Below, piece after piece: positions 46,819-55,761 of a DNA stretch of 64,000 nt. Position numbers and translations under genes: made by a program. The notes under the pieces are model-generated. The model had not been told where the DNA came from, did no database searches, and saw only the letters and a list, made by a program, of their open reading frames with translations. Origin of the DNA: Cytophagales bacterium (GTDB lineage Bacteria; Bacteroidota; Bacteroidia; Cytophagales; Spirosomataceae); NCBI GenBank assembly GCA_013298125.1, contig JAAFJP010000033.1, positions 152-64,151 on the forward strand, in the 5' to 3' direction. The number at the start of each line of letters is the position of its first letter. Position 1 is the stretch's first letter.

Positions 46819-46888
46819 GTGTGGGTTTTCAAAGCATCGTGCTATTTGATAACAATTTTACGAAAAAAAAACCGCAAGAACAATCATA

Positions 46889-47008
46889 AGAGAAGGGAGA
46901 AAGGAAAAAGGGAGGAATGAAAACAGTAAAAACTAAATGTTTATCCTGTCTCCGTTCCTCCCTTTTTATATTTGTTCTGTCTCCATTCCTCCTTTTTTCC
47001 CTTTCTCC
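46889..47008. repeat. Intergenic hairpin, 'ggagaaagg/cctttctcc' word
   Basis: agagaagggagaaaggaaaaagggaggaatgaaaacag pairs with ctgtctccgttcctcccttttt...ctgtctccattcctccttttttccctttctcc. It generates two spurious ORFs (46829-47026 on - and 46917-47114 on +). Confidence 0.85.
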
Positions 47009-47703
47009 TACAAAAGATAATACCAATCCATCACCTCATCAGGCTGAATTTTTAGGACATTGCTCAGAACTAAAAGTACCAATGTTCTTGACGCTAACCA
47101 AGTCGGAATTTTAGCAATTTCTGAGAATTTTTCTATCGTAATCTTTTGGTTATCAGATAGATATTCCATTAATATTTTTTCTTTGTCTCCGTAAGTAAAT
47201 TTTATTCCGTCCTCATTTTCACGCCTCAGAATCTGTTTTACTTCCCGACTCGCCTGTACGGAACGGTCTTGTACACGTACGTACGCCTTACCATTTTCTT
47301 CGTTTTCGAGTTGGACATAATGGGGTTTTTCTTGACTTTTTGGAATGTTGAACACTAACACATCTCGCTCGTCGGTGATGGCAATTCTTTCGAGGTCGTA
47401 ATTGATGGGAGGGAAACAATTTCGTTCAATAGCACGTACCAGCATATATTCTTCTTCATCGACAAACTTTAAGCCTGGGATGGTTTTATCATCACCCACA
47501 CCCACCAAAAGTTTTCCTCCTTTGGTATTGGCAAAAGCGACGATTTCACGGATGATTTTTTCGGGATGATTGGCTTTGAGTTTGAATTCGAGAGAAGTTC
47601 CCTCTCCCTGCCGAACCAGATTTTTTAGCTCCTTTACGTTCATATCCGACACACGGCTATGACTGTCTGTTTTCTCGAAGTAGGCTGCAAGTCCTTGATT
47701 CAT
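47008..47703 (-). CDS. AlbA_2 (Schlafen-like 'divergent AAA') domain protein with C-terminal wHTH-like region
   Basis: The block GEGTSLEFKLKANHPEKIIREIVAFANTKGGKLLVGVGDD is characteristic of AlbA_2 domains. Confidence 0.65.
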   Translation of the reverse strand: MNQGLAAYFEKTDSHSRVSDMNVKELKNLVRQGEGTSLEFKLKANHPEKIIREIVAFANTKGGKLLVGVGDDKTIPGLKFVDEEEYMLVRAIERNCFPPINYDLERIAITDERDVLVFNIPKSQEKPHYVQLENEENGKAYVRVQDRSVQASREVKQILRRENEDGIKFTYGDKEKILMEYLSDNQKITIEKFSEIAKIPTWLASRTLVLLVLSNVLKIQPDEVMDWYYLL

Positions 47704-47833
47704 AGTAATTTATGATTTAGGTATGCTGATTGATTATGGAAGGATTGAATAAAGATACTCAATAATTTAATACAAATTTTGAAAAATCTATAAAAAATTA
47801 TTTTAATAGAATACTAATTCAATAGACTTTATA

Positions 47834-47841
47834 TATCTTTG
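47834..47841 (+). promoter_or_regulatory. Possible -7 box TAtcTTTG upstream of cysH
   Basis: tatctttg lies 40 nt upstream of ATG 47882. A small hairpin tcgaaac-ttct-gtttcga sits in the leader. No clean -33 was seen. Confidence 0.35.
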
Positions 47842-47881
47842 CAAAATAATGTAAATCGAAACTTCTGTTTCGAGTAGTTTT

Positions 47882-48562
47882 ATGGAAGAATTAATCTCAA
47901 CATTAGAAAGCTTTTCCCTCGAAGACAGCTTAAAATATATCACCGAAAACTATAAAAATGTAGTTTTCTCAACGTCTTTCGGACAAGAAGACCAAGTGAT
48001 TACGGATGCTATTTTTCGTAACAACTTGAACATTAGAGTATTTACCTTAGACACAGGTCGTTTATTTCAAGAAAGTTACGAATTGATGGATTCGACCAAA
48101 ACGAAGTATAAAAAAGAATTTGAAACTTATTTCCCAAATACTTCAAAGGTAGAAGCCTTGGTGAAGGAAAAAGGTTTCAACAGTTTTTATTTTTCTGTAG
48201 AAAATAGAAAAGAATGCTGTTTTATTCGTAAAATTGAACCTTTGAAACGGGCTTTGGCAGGAGCTGAAATTTGGATTACAGGTTTGCGTTCGGAACAATC
48301 TGAAAATCGTGCCGATATGAAAATTGTGGAATGGGACGAAGGCAATAAAGTGATAAAATTCAATCCATTAATTCACTGGACTTACGAGCAAGTGCTTGAT
48401 TACCTGAAACTTAACCGTGTGCCAGATAACCCGCTTCACCGAAAAGGGTTTATCTCAATCGGTTGTCAGCCTTGTACACGTGCCATTCAGGAGGGTGAAA
48501 ATCCAAGAGCTGGACGCTGGTGGTGGGAAGAGTCTCAGAAGGAATGTGGGTTGCATAGTTAA
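47882..48562 (+). CDS. cysH: Adenylylsulfate/phosphoadenylylsulfate reductase (thioredoxin-dependent), Fe-S (APS-reductase) type
   Basis: PAPS_reduct fold with the C-terminal catalytic ECGLH. A Cys pair plus CxxC (RKECCF...GCQPCT) is typical of [4Fe-4S] APS reductases. Confidence 0.85.
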   Translation: MEELISTLESFSLEDSLKYITENYKNVVFSTSFGQEDQVITDAIFRNNLNIRVFTLDTGRLFQESYELMDSTKTKYKKEFETYFPNTSKVEALVKEKGFNSFYFSVENRKECCFIRKIEPLKRALAGAEIWITGLRSEQSENRADMKIVEWDEGNKVIKFNPLIHWTYEQVLDYLKLNRVPDNPLHRKGFISIGCQPCTRAIQEGENPRAGRWWWEESQKECGLHS

Positions 48563-48579
48563 GTTTTTGAAAAGTTTTT

Positions 48580-48706
48580 TAATTTATAACTTTCAATGTT
48601 CAATACCCAATGTTCAATGTTCAAGGGTAAAAGTATATACCAGTTTATGTGAAGATAAATCTCACTTGAATATTGTAAATTGAACATTGTACATTGAGAA
48701 TTATTA
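48580..48706. repeat. Intergenic hairpin, 'caatgttcaa' word family (copy A2) between cysH and cysD
   Basis: taatttataactttcaatgttcaatacccaatgttcaatgttcaag pairs with cttgaatattgtaaattgaacattgtacattgagaattatta. Confidence 0.85.
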
Positions 48707-48735
48707 TTTTAAGTTTAAGATTTTAGTAGAAAAAT

Positions 48736-49650
48736 ATGAATTCTAATACCCCAAAACACGGATACTTCCCTCGTGAACTTGAAGATGAAGCCATTTACAT
48801 CATGCGTGAAGTGGCGGCTCAGTTCGAGAAACCTGCCCTTCTTTTTTCAGGTGGGAAAGACTCTATAACCCTTGTCCGTTTGGCTCAGAAGGCATTTTAC
48901 CCTGGAAAAATCCCTTTTCCATTGGTTCATGTCGATACGGGTCATAACTTCCCAGAAACCATCGAGTTCCGTGATTGGCTTGCCAAAGAAACAGGGGCGG
49001 AGTTGATTGTTCGATACGTACAAGACTCTATCAATCAAGGAAAAGCTAAGGAAGAAACGGGCAAATATGCTTCGAGAAATGTGCTTCAAACGGTTACACT
49101 TTTGGATGCTATCGAAGAGTTCAAATTCGATGCTTGTATCGGTGGAGCAAGACGTGATGAAGAAAAAGCTCGTGCCAAAGAACGTATTTTCTCGGTTCGT
49201 GATGACTTCGGTCAGTGGGATGCTAAACGCCAACGTCCTGAGCTTTTCGATATGTTGAACGGACGAATTGCTATTGGTGAAAACGTGCGAGTTTTCCCAA
49301 TTTCAAACTGGACAGAATTGGACGTTTGGAATTATATCAAGGAAGAAAAAATGGCGATTCCTTCGATTTATTATTCTCATAAACGCCAAGTGATTGAGCG
49401 TGACGGAATGTTATGGGCTGATTCTGAACACCTTAACAAAGATGCAGACGAAATTCCATTTGAAGCAACTGTACGTTTCAGAACTGTTGGCGACATGACT
49501 TGTACTGCCGCCGTAGCTTCGGAAGCGGTTGAATTAGATGATATTATCGGAGAAATTCTTTCGGCAGAAATCTCAGAACGTGGTGCCAGAATCGACGATA
49601 AACGCTCGGAAGCCGCCATGGAAAAACGTAAACAACAAGGATATTTTTAG
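48736..49650 (+). CDS. cysD: Sulfate adenylyltransferase subunit 2
   Basis: PP-loop SGGKDS. Full-length CysD pattern ending ...KRKQQGYF. Confidence 0.95.
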   Translation: MNSNTPKHGYFPRELEDEAIYIMREVAAQFEKPALLFSGGKDSITLVRLAQKAFYPGKIPFPLVHVDTGHNFPETIEFRDWLAKETGAELIVRYVQDSINQGKAKEETGKYASRNVLQTVTLLDAIEEFKFDACIGGARRDEEKARAKERIFSVRDDFGQWDAKRQRPELFDMLNGRIAIGENVRVFPISNWTELDVWNYIKEEKMAIPSIYYSHKRQVIERDGMLWADSEHLNKDADEIPFEATVRFRTVGDMTCTAAVASEAVELDDIIGEILSAEISERGARIDDKRSEAAMEKRKQQGYF

Positions 49651-49653
49651 AGT

Positions 49654-50907
49654 ATGGACATTTTAAGAATTGCAACCGCAGGTTCTGTTGATGATGGCAA
49701 AAGCACATTAATCGGACGACTTTTATACGAAACAAAGTCAATTACCAAAGATAAAATTGAGGCTCTCGAATCTGCCTCAAAACGTAAGGGTCTGGATTTT
49801 CTTGACCTTTCTCTCCTCACGGACGGACTCATCGCTGAACGTGAACAAGGCATTACAATTGATGTGGCGAATATTTATTTCTCAACGCCACAACGTAAAT
49901 ATATCATTGCGGACACGCCTGGACACTTCGAGTACACCCGTAATATGGTTACTGGTGCGTCCAATACGAAGGTTTCGATGATTCTGATTGATGCTCGAAA
50001 TGGTGTTTTGGAACAAACTTTTCGCCACTTTTTCATTGCCTCGATGCTTCGCATCCCGAAGGTGATTGTGTGCGTGAATAAGATGGATTTAGTGGGATAT
50101 TCAGAGGAACGTTTCAATGCGATAAAGTCTGATATTCAGGCAATTGCGGATAAAGTTTCGTTTGATGGACAAGAAGTTACGTTTATCCCGATGTCCTCAT
50201 TATACGGTCAAAATCTTTCTATAAAATCAACAGAAATGCCTTGGTTTGGAGGCAATTCACTATTAGAGGAATTGGAACAATTCGATTCGCAATTTGAAAT
50301 CGTAAATCTTAAACCCGCCCGTTTTCCAGTTCAGTTTGTAGTTAGACCCAAAACCGAAGAGTTCCACGATTATAGAGGTTATGCAGGAAAAATCGCTTCG
50401 GGGACGTTTTCAGTCGGAGAGGAGATTACGGTTTTGCCAACTGGACAATCCTCAAAAATTGCTACAATCGAGAAATTCGGAACGCAATTACAAACCGCAG
50501 GAGCAAAAGAATCTGTCGTGATAACGTTGGAAACTGACGTGGACGTTTCTCGTGGAAATATGTTGGTGAAAGCTAATAATCAACCCAACCAGTTGAAAGA
50601 AATTACAGCAAGAATTTGCTGGATGGACTCTCAGGCATTGGTTTCGGGCAGAACGTATATTCTTCAACATGGCATCAATGACTCAAAAGCAAAGATTATT
50701 TCCTTGAATTCCAAGATAGATGTCGTGAACCAAGAGACGATTGAAAGTGGTATTTCAGAATTGAAATTGAATGAAATTGGGGAGATTACTTTGAAAACAG
50801 CCAAGCCAATTTTTGCCGATAAGTACGAAGATAACCCTGCCAACGGAGCATTTATTTTGGTGGACGACCAGACAAATTCTACGGTTGGGGTTGGGTTTGT
50901 TTTGTAG
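49654..50907 (+). CDS. cysN: Sulfate adenylyltransferase subunit 1 (GTPase), without APS-kinase domain
   Basis: G1 is AGSVDDGKST, G3 is DTPGH and G4 is NKMD. At 417 aa it has no CysC fusion. Confidence 0.95.
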   Translation: MDILRIATAGSVDDGKSTLIGRLLYETKSITKDKIEALESASKRKGLDFLDLSLLTDGLIAEREQGITIDVANIYFSTPQRKYIIADTPGHFEYTRNMVTGASNTKVSMILIDARNGVLEQTFRHFFIASMLRIPKVIVCVNKMDLVGYSEERFNAIKSDIQAIADKVSFDGQEVTFIPMSSLYGQNLSIKSTEMPWFGGNSLLEELEQFDSQFEIVNLKPARFPVQFVVRPKTEEFHDYRGYAGKIASGTFSVGEEITVLPTGQSSKIATIEKFGTQLQTAGAKESVVITLETDVDVSRGNMLVKANNQPNQLKEITARICWMDSQALVSGRTYILQHGINDSKAKIISLNSKIDVVNQETIESGISELKLNEIGEITLKTAKPIFADKYEDNPANGAFILVDDQTNSTVGVGFVL

Positions 50908-50932
50908 AAGGAAGCTATTATATTTGTTACAG

Positions 50933-50969
50933 AATCACTCTTTCATTGGTTTGGGAGAGTGATTTTTTT
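50933..50969 (+). terminator. Intrinsic terminator after cysN
   Basis: aatcactct-ttcattggtttggg-agagtgatt followed by ttttttt. Confidence 0.75.
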
Positions 50970-50989
50970 AATCTTAAAATCATAAAATC

Positions 50990-51208
50990 ATGCAAACGCT
51001 CACGATTCAGACCAATAATAGCCATGCCATTGGACTTTTAGAGGAATTGGCAGCTTTGAATTTAATTGAAGTAATTAACAAATCTGTTAGTTCATCAAAA
51101 AAGACAAAACTTTCAGACAGATTATGGGGTAGTATTTCTTCGGAAACAGCGAAAAAAATGAACGAAGAACTTGAACAAACCAAAAACGAATGGGAAAGAG
51201 ATATTTAA
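50990..51208 (+). CDS. Putative antitoxin (72 aa) of the downstream PIN toxin
   Basis: Small ORF overlapping the PIN ORF by 19 nt. Its C-terminus is ...NEWERDI. Confidence 0.55.
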   Translation: MQTLTIQTNNSHAIGLLEELAALNLIEVINKSVSSSKKTKLSDRLWGSISSETAKKMNEELEQTKNEWERDI

Positions 51209-51567
51209 TAGATACCAACATAATTATTGATTTTTCAGAAAATAGATTGCCCCTAAATGCAAAGCTATTTGTAGCTGAAATCATTGATAATGAACCAAAT
51301 ATCTCAATTATCAACAAAATAGAACTATTGGGATTTTCGTTGGTAACACCCGAAATTATTGAGTTTACAGATTCTACAAATATTATCAATTTGACAGAAG
51401 ATATTGCTAATCAGACTATTAGCCTTCGCAAAAAACGTAAAATCAAACTCCCAGATGCCATCATTGCAGCTACGGCATTGGTCTATAAACTAACATTAAT
51501 CTCTCGAAACGCTAAGGATTTTGATGTAATTGATGGATTGGAGTTTATCAACCCTTATGAGTTATAA
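51190..51567 (+). CDS. PIN-domain ribonuclease toxin (VapC-like), paralog of 32591-32959
   Basis: YLIDTNIIID at the N-terminus and LPDAIIAATAL shared with the nuo-embedded PIN protein. Confidence 0.8.
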   Translation: MGKRYLIDTNIIIDFSENRLPLNAKLFVAEIIDNEPNISIINKIELLGFSLVTPEIIEFTDSTNIINLTEDIANQTISLRKKRKIKLPDAIIAATALVYKLTLISRNAKDFDVIDGLEFINPYEL

Positions 51568-51612
51568 AAACCCATTTACTTTATTTAGGTTTACTAACAA
51601 AACCCAAATCTT

Positions 51613-52833
51613 ATGTCTCAGCCTCTCTCTTTCCTCTGCATTTCAACCTTTTTTAAAGGCAATGAATTCTTACGCTCGTGCAAACAGGCGGGTAATACCG
51701 TTTATCTTTTAACCAATAAAAAATTAGAAGATAAACCTTGGGTCAGGGAGTTTATCGATGAGATTTTCTATGTCGAAGAAAAACCAGATGGGACGTTTGA
51801 CATCAACCAAATCGTAGCTGGGCTTGCCTACATGATGCGGGCGAAAAAAGTGGATAGAATCGTTGCATTGGACGATTTTGATGTTGAAAAGGCCGCTCAT
51901 TTGCGTGAGCATTTCCGTATTCCAGGCATGGGACAAACCACGGGAAGGCATTTTAGAGACAAGTTGGCGATGCGGATGAAAGCCCAGGAAGCTGGCATAA
52001 AAGTACCGATGTTTTCAAGTCTTTTCAATGACCAAGATATTGTAGAATATGCTCAAAAAGTGAGGTTCCCAGTAGTCGTAAAACCACGTTCTGAGGCATC
52101 GGCAACGGGTATCAAAAAGGTGCATAATACAGAGCAATTATGGGAAGTGATCCATCAACTCGGAGACCGTCGGCATGAGTATTTAGTGGAGCAATTCCGT
52201 CCTGGGGATGTTTTTCATGTGGATTCCTTGTCGGTAGAAGGAAAAATTATTTTTACTCGTTGCAATCAATACCTCTCGACTCCGATGGAAGTTGCCCACG
52301 GTGGCGGAATCTTTCGTTCAGTAACTGTGCCTTTTGGTTCAAAAGACGACAAGGCTCTTCAAAAAGCCAATGCTCAGGTTATGAAAGCCTTTGGGATGAA
52401 TTATTCCGCCAGTCATTCTGAGTTTATCAAAGATCACGAAACAGGAGAAATTATCTTCTTAGAAACAGCCTCACGAGTAGGTGGAGCAAATTTAGCCGAA
52501 ATGGTTGAAGCATCTTCGGGCATAAATCTTTGGCGAGAATGGGCAAAAATTGAAACCGCTATGGCAAAGGGAGAAAGCTACGTTTTGCCATCTGTCGAGA
52601 ACAATTATTCAGGCATCGTTATCTCATTATGTCGTCATGAACATCCTGATACACAGAGCTTTACGGATTCAGAAATTTATTGGCAAATTGATAAAGAATA
52701 TCACATTGGCTTCATCGTGAAGGCAGATAATCGAGAGAGAATTATAGAATTATTAGACCATTATGCCCAGCGAATTTATCAGGATTTTCACGCCTCTGCA
52801 CCAGTGCCTCAGAACCCGCATTTGGAGCATTGA
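51613..52833 (+). CDS. ATP-grasp domain protein
   Basis: ATP-grasp core pattern (FPVVVKPRSEASATGIKKV, EYLVEQF, FLETASRVGGA). Confidence 0.7.
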   Translation: MSQPLSFLCISTFFKGNEFLRSCKQAGNTVYLLTNKKLEDKPWVREFIDEIFYVEEKPDGTFDINQIVAGLAYMMRAKKVDRIVALDDFDVEKAAHLREHFRIPGMGQTTGRHFRDKLAMRMKAQEAGIKVPMFSSLFNDQDIVEYAQKVRFPVVVKPRSEASATGIKKVHNTEQLWEVIHQLGDRRHEYLVEQFRPGDVFHVDSLSVEGKIIFTRCNQYLSTPMEVAHGGGIFRSVTVPFGSKDDKALQKANAQVMKAFGMNYSASHSEFIKDHETGEIIFLETASRVGGANLAEMVEASSGINLWREWAKIETAMAKGESYVLPSVENNYSGIVISLCRHEHPDTQSFTDSEIYWQIDKEYHIGFIVKADNRERIIELLDHYAQRIYQDFHASAPVPQNPHLEH

Positions 52834-52838
52834 GGAGA

Positions 52839-53726
52839 TTACTTCCTCTTATAAAAATACAATTTGGGAGATGTTTTATTATTTCCTTCCTCACTAAGCG
52901 TATAATATCCTGAGCCATCTTGGGCAAAGCAAAGACCTTCGCCTTGGGGTTCGGCGGCGTAAGGTTGTATTTTGGGTGTACGTTTCAAAGCCTCTGGAAT
53001 TGTCTCGTTTGCATTACGCCTCCAGTGAAAAATTTGTAGATAATTTTTAATGATAATTTCTTGATTATCAACCGATACGTTCCCATCAACGATGTACAAA
53101 GGACTTCCTGCACCGTTAGAGAAAGTCAATTCTTGCACAAACTCAGCGGTATTAGTTTGCGTAAAAGATTGTGGATAAGGCAGACGGTAAAGTCGTTTTG
53201 AAGATTCTCTTTTTGAGATGATAAAAATGTCTTTGGAAGATTGATCAATCAAAAATGCCTCCGCATCTTTTGCTCCGTCAGCATATTTGTAGGTAATTTT
53301 TTGGACGTTTTTTAACGTATTTGATTGAAGCGTTGCGGTGGTAATCTCAGGTTCTGGAACACGATAAATTGCACAGGTCGGAAACTCGGCATTATTATCT
53401 CCAATTTCACCGACATAAATAAAAGAACCTTCGGGAAATTGAGCCATTCCAATCGCCTCCCAATCACGGTTGATAGTTCCTTCTAAGTAAAATTCTCGAG
53501 TGCCTTTTCCGTTGGCATCCATTGAGAAGATTCTATTTTTATCTCCACTGTCGTTGTGCGTCCAAAGTAAGCCCTTGTTTTTATAACTTGCTACAATGCC
53601 CGAGGCTTCGTCAATTTCTTTATTTTCGATTATGCCTAAATCTTGGACATCATTGAAATTATCAGAAGGAGGCATTATCATTTCGGAACATGATATACAC
53701 AGAAATAATAAGAGGTATTTTTTCAT
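52839..53726 (-). CDS. Lipoprotein, possibly beta-propeller (SdiA-regulated/phytase-like) fold
   Basis: Lipobox LFLCISCS. Motifs EASGIV...WTHNDSGD...DWEAIG...GEIGDN are present. The family assignment is tentative. Confidence 0.4.
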   Translation of the reverse strand: MKKYLLLFLCISCSEMIMPPSDNFNDVQDLGIIENKEIDEASGIVASYKNKGLLWTHNDSGDKNRIFSMDANGKGTREFYLEGTINRDWEAIGMAQFPEGSFIYVGEIGDNNAEFPTCAIYRVPEPEITTATLQSNTLKNVQKITYKYADGAKDAEAFLIDQSSKDIFIISKRESSKRLYRLPYPQSFTQTNTAEFVQELTFSNGAGSPLYIVDGNVSVDNQEIIIKNYLQIFHWRRNANETIPEALKRTPKIQPYAAEPQGEGLCFAQDGSGYYTLSEEGNNKTSPKLYFYKRK

Positions 53727-53731
53727 AGTTT

Positions 53732-55108
53732 TTACGAAAGGTCCCGACTCACATCATCAATCTCAATAATCGGAGTTACTTTCACTTTTTTAATTCTTCG
53801 GGTATCAACAGAGGCAATTCTGAATCTGAATTTCTCATGTTCAATTTCTTCGCCTGCATGAGGCAAACGAGTAAACAATTCGATGATTAATCCACCCAGC
53901 GACTCACTTTCACCTCTGACTTTATCAAAATAATCGTTCTCTACATCTAACGCACGACACACATCGTTTAGTGCAACTTTTCCCTCAAATTCATACGAAC
54001 CGTCAGGAAATTTAACATAGCCTAAATCCTCAACGTCCGATTCGTCGTGAATATCTCCCACGATTTCCTCAATAATATCTTCCATCGTTACGATGCCTTC
54101 GGTCTCACCGTATTCATTCACTACGATTGCCATGTGAACCCTTTTTTCCTGAAAATCGTACAATAAATCATCAATTTTCTTGCTCTCAGGAATAAAAAAT
54201 GCAGGTCTGATTAATTCTTGCCAGTTAAATTTTTCGTCTTTTTCAATATGTGGCAAAAGGTCTTTGATGTATAAAACTCCATCAATTTTATCAATCGTTT
54301 CTTTAAAAACAGGTACACGGGAATACCCTGATTTATTGATTTTGTCCATTAATTCATGGAAATCATAAGTAAAATCAAAGGCATCAATATCTCTCCGAGA
54401 ACGCATCACACTTTTGGCAGAAATACTCCCAAAATTGACGATTCCCTTCAAAATATCCTTTTCTTGCTCAGTCGTATCTTTCCCAGTCGTGATTTCCAGA
54501 GCATGATTCAGTTCATCAGCCGTGATGGAATATCCTTTACGCTCAACCCGTTTTTCGATGATATTACTGATTCCCAATAACAGAGACGAAAGTGGACTGA
54601 AAATGGTTGTCGCAACGCTGATTAATGAGGCAGTTATTTTTGCAAAACGAAGATTATTCTGTTGAGCCCACACTTTCGGGATTAATTCTCCGAAGAATGT
54701 GATGATAAAAGTTACCCCAACTAATAAAATCAGGGTTGCAATCAAGCCTTCTTTTTCTTTTTCACCCACAATTTGCTCAGTCATATACGTCGCAATCGTG
54801 ATGAACGTAATATTGACTAAGTTTATGAAAATCAGGAGGGTAGCCAATAAAAGTTGGGGCTTATCTAAGAGTTTCGCAATCGTACGCTCACTACCACTCT
54901 CGCTCTCACGACAGGCAGTACGTTCTTCAGCAGAAAGGGAGAAAAAGGCAACTTCTGAACCCGCCAAAAGGGCAGACAGAAGCAATAAGCCTACCAGAAC
55001 CAAAGCATTGATTCCATAGACACTATATGAAGAAGAGGTGTTTTCAACCTGTATTTGTGCCAAAAACACCCAAATCGGGTGAGCTTCGTCGGATAATCGT
55101 GTTTCCAA
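53732..55108 (-). CDS. gldE: CNNM/hemolysin-family protein (DUF21 - CBS pair - CorC_HlyC), GldE-like
   Basis: The domain order was recognised. The mutY-ssb-gldE neighbourhood is the arrangement known from Flavobacterium johnsoniae. Confidence 0.7.
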   Translation of the reverse strand: METRLSDEAHPIWVFLAQIQVENTSSSYSVYGINALVLVGLLLLSALLAGSEVAFFSLSAEERTACRESESGSERTIAKLLDKPQLLLATLLIFINLVNITFITIATYMTEQIVGEKEKEGLIATLILLVGVTFIITFFGELIPKVWAQQNNLRFAKITASLISVATTIFSPLSSLLLGISNIIEKRVERKGYSITADELNHALEITTGKDTTEQEKDILKGIVNFGSISAKSVMRSRRDIDAFDFTYDFHELMDKINKSGYSRVPVFKETIDKIDGVLYIKDLLPHIEKDEKFNWQELIRPAFFIPESKKIDDLLYDFQEKRVHMAIVVNEYGETEGIVTMEDIIEEIVGDIHDESDVEDLGYVKFPDGSYEFEGKVALNDVCRALDVENDYFDKVRGESESLGGLIIELFTRLPHAGEEIEHEKFRFRIASVDTRRIKKVKVTPIIEIDDVSRDLS

Positions 55109-55114
55109 GGGTAT

Positions 55115-55270
55115 TGGGGGGTTTTGGGATTGGGTTAGGAAAAGTTAAAATAATTTTCAATTTCCAATGTTCAATAATCAATGTTCAAGTATTTGACATT
55201 CAACCACTTAAACATTGATTATTGAACATTGAGTATTGAAAATTATCTTCACTTTTCCCCAATCCCTAAA
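55115..55270. repeat. Nested two-word hairpin (outer 'gggattggg' word, inner 'caatgttcaa' word, copy A3)
   Basis: The outer pair is tttgggattgggttaggaaaagt against acttttccccaatccctaaa. The inner pair is ataattttcaatttccaatgttcaataatcaatgtt (from 55150) against aaacattgattattgaacattgagtattgaaaattat (to 55247). Confidence 0.9.
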
Positions 55271-55738
55271 TTAAAATGGTAAATCATCGCCACCTTCACC
55301 GCCAGCGTTTGTATCAAACTCAGGGGCTGGGGCAGCTACTTGTGCAGGGGCAGGACGTGGAGCTTGTGCCTGTGGGGCGGGAGCTGAACCGCCTTCTTGA
55401 TTATCTCTACGACTTCCTACCAAAGTCAAAGTTGTTCCTCTAATTTTCACCGCCTTACGCACAATTCCTTCCTTATCTGTATATTCTTCTGTTCTGATTT
55501 TGCCTTCTACATACGCAGAATCGCCTTTATGGAGATATTGTTCGGCAATATTTGCCAAATTATCCCAAAGCTCAATTCTGTGCCATTCGGTTTGTTCTAC
55601 TCTTACGCCTTCTTTGTTGTTATATGCCTCAGAGGTAGCAATACTGAATGAAGCGACTTTTGAGCCACTTGGTAAAGAACGAACCTCTGGGTCTGAACCG
55701 AGGTTTCCTAATAAAATTACTTTGTTTACGCCAGCCAT
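55271..55738 (-). CDS. ssb: Single-stranded DNA-binding protein
   Basis: OB-fold N-terminus (NKVILLGNLGSDPE), a Pro/Ala/Gln-rich linker and an acidic tail DDLPF. Confidence 0.95.
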   Translation of the reverse strand: MAGVNKVILLGNLGSDPEVRSLPSGSKVASFSIATSEAYNNKEGVRVEQTEWHRIELWDNLANIAEQYLHKGDSAYVEGKIRTEEYTDKEGIVRKAVKIRGTTLTLVGSRRDNQEGGSAPAPQAQAPRPAPAQVAAPAPEFDTNAGGEGGDDLPF

Positions 55739-55761
55739 TTTGTGGTTTTAGTTTAAATTAA

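Noticed and set aside
46829-47114. Two 65-aa ORFs on opposite strands between the MoxR and AlbA_2 genes
   Set aside because: Both are translations of the two arms of the 'ggagaaagg' hairpin repeat, giving low-complexity R/E/K or S/L/F peptides. They are not genes.
52839-53726. GldD, which is expected downstream of gldE in the Flavobacterium arrangement
   Set aside because: The protein is a 295-aa lipoprotein with propeller-like motifs. It is longer than GldD and has no resemblance I recognise, so it is left as hypothetical.
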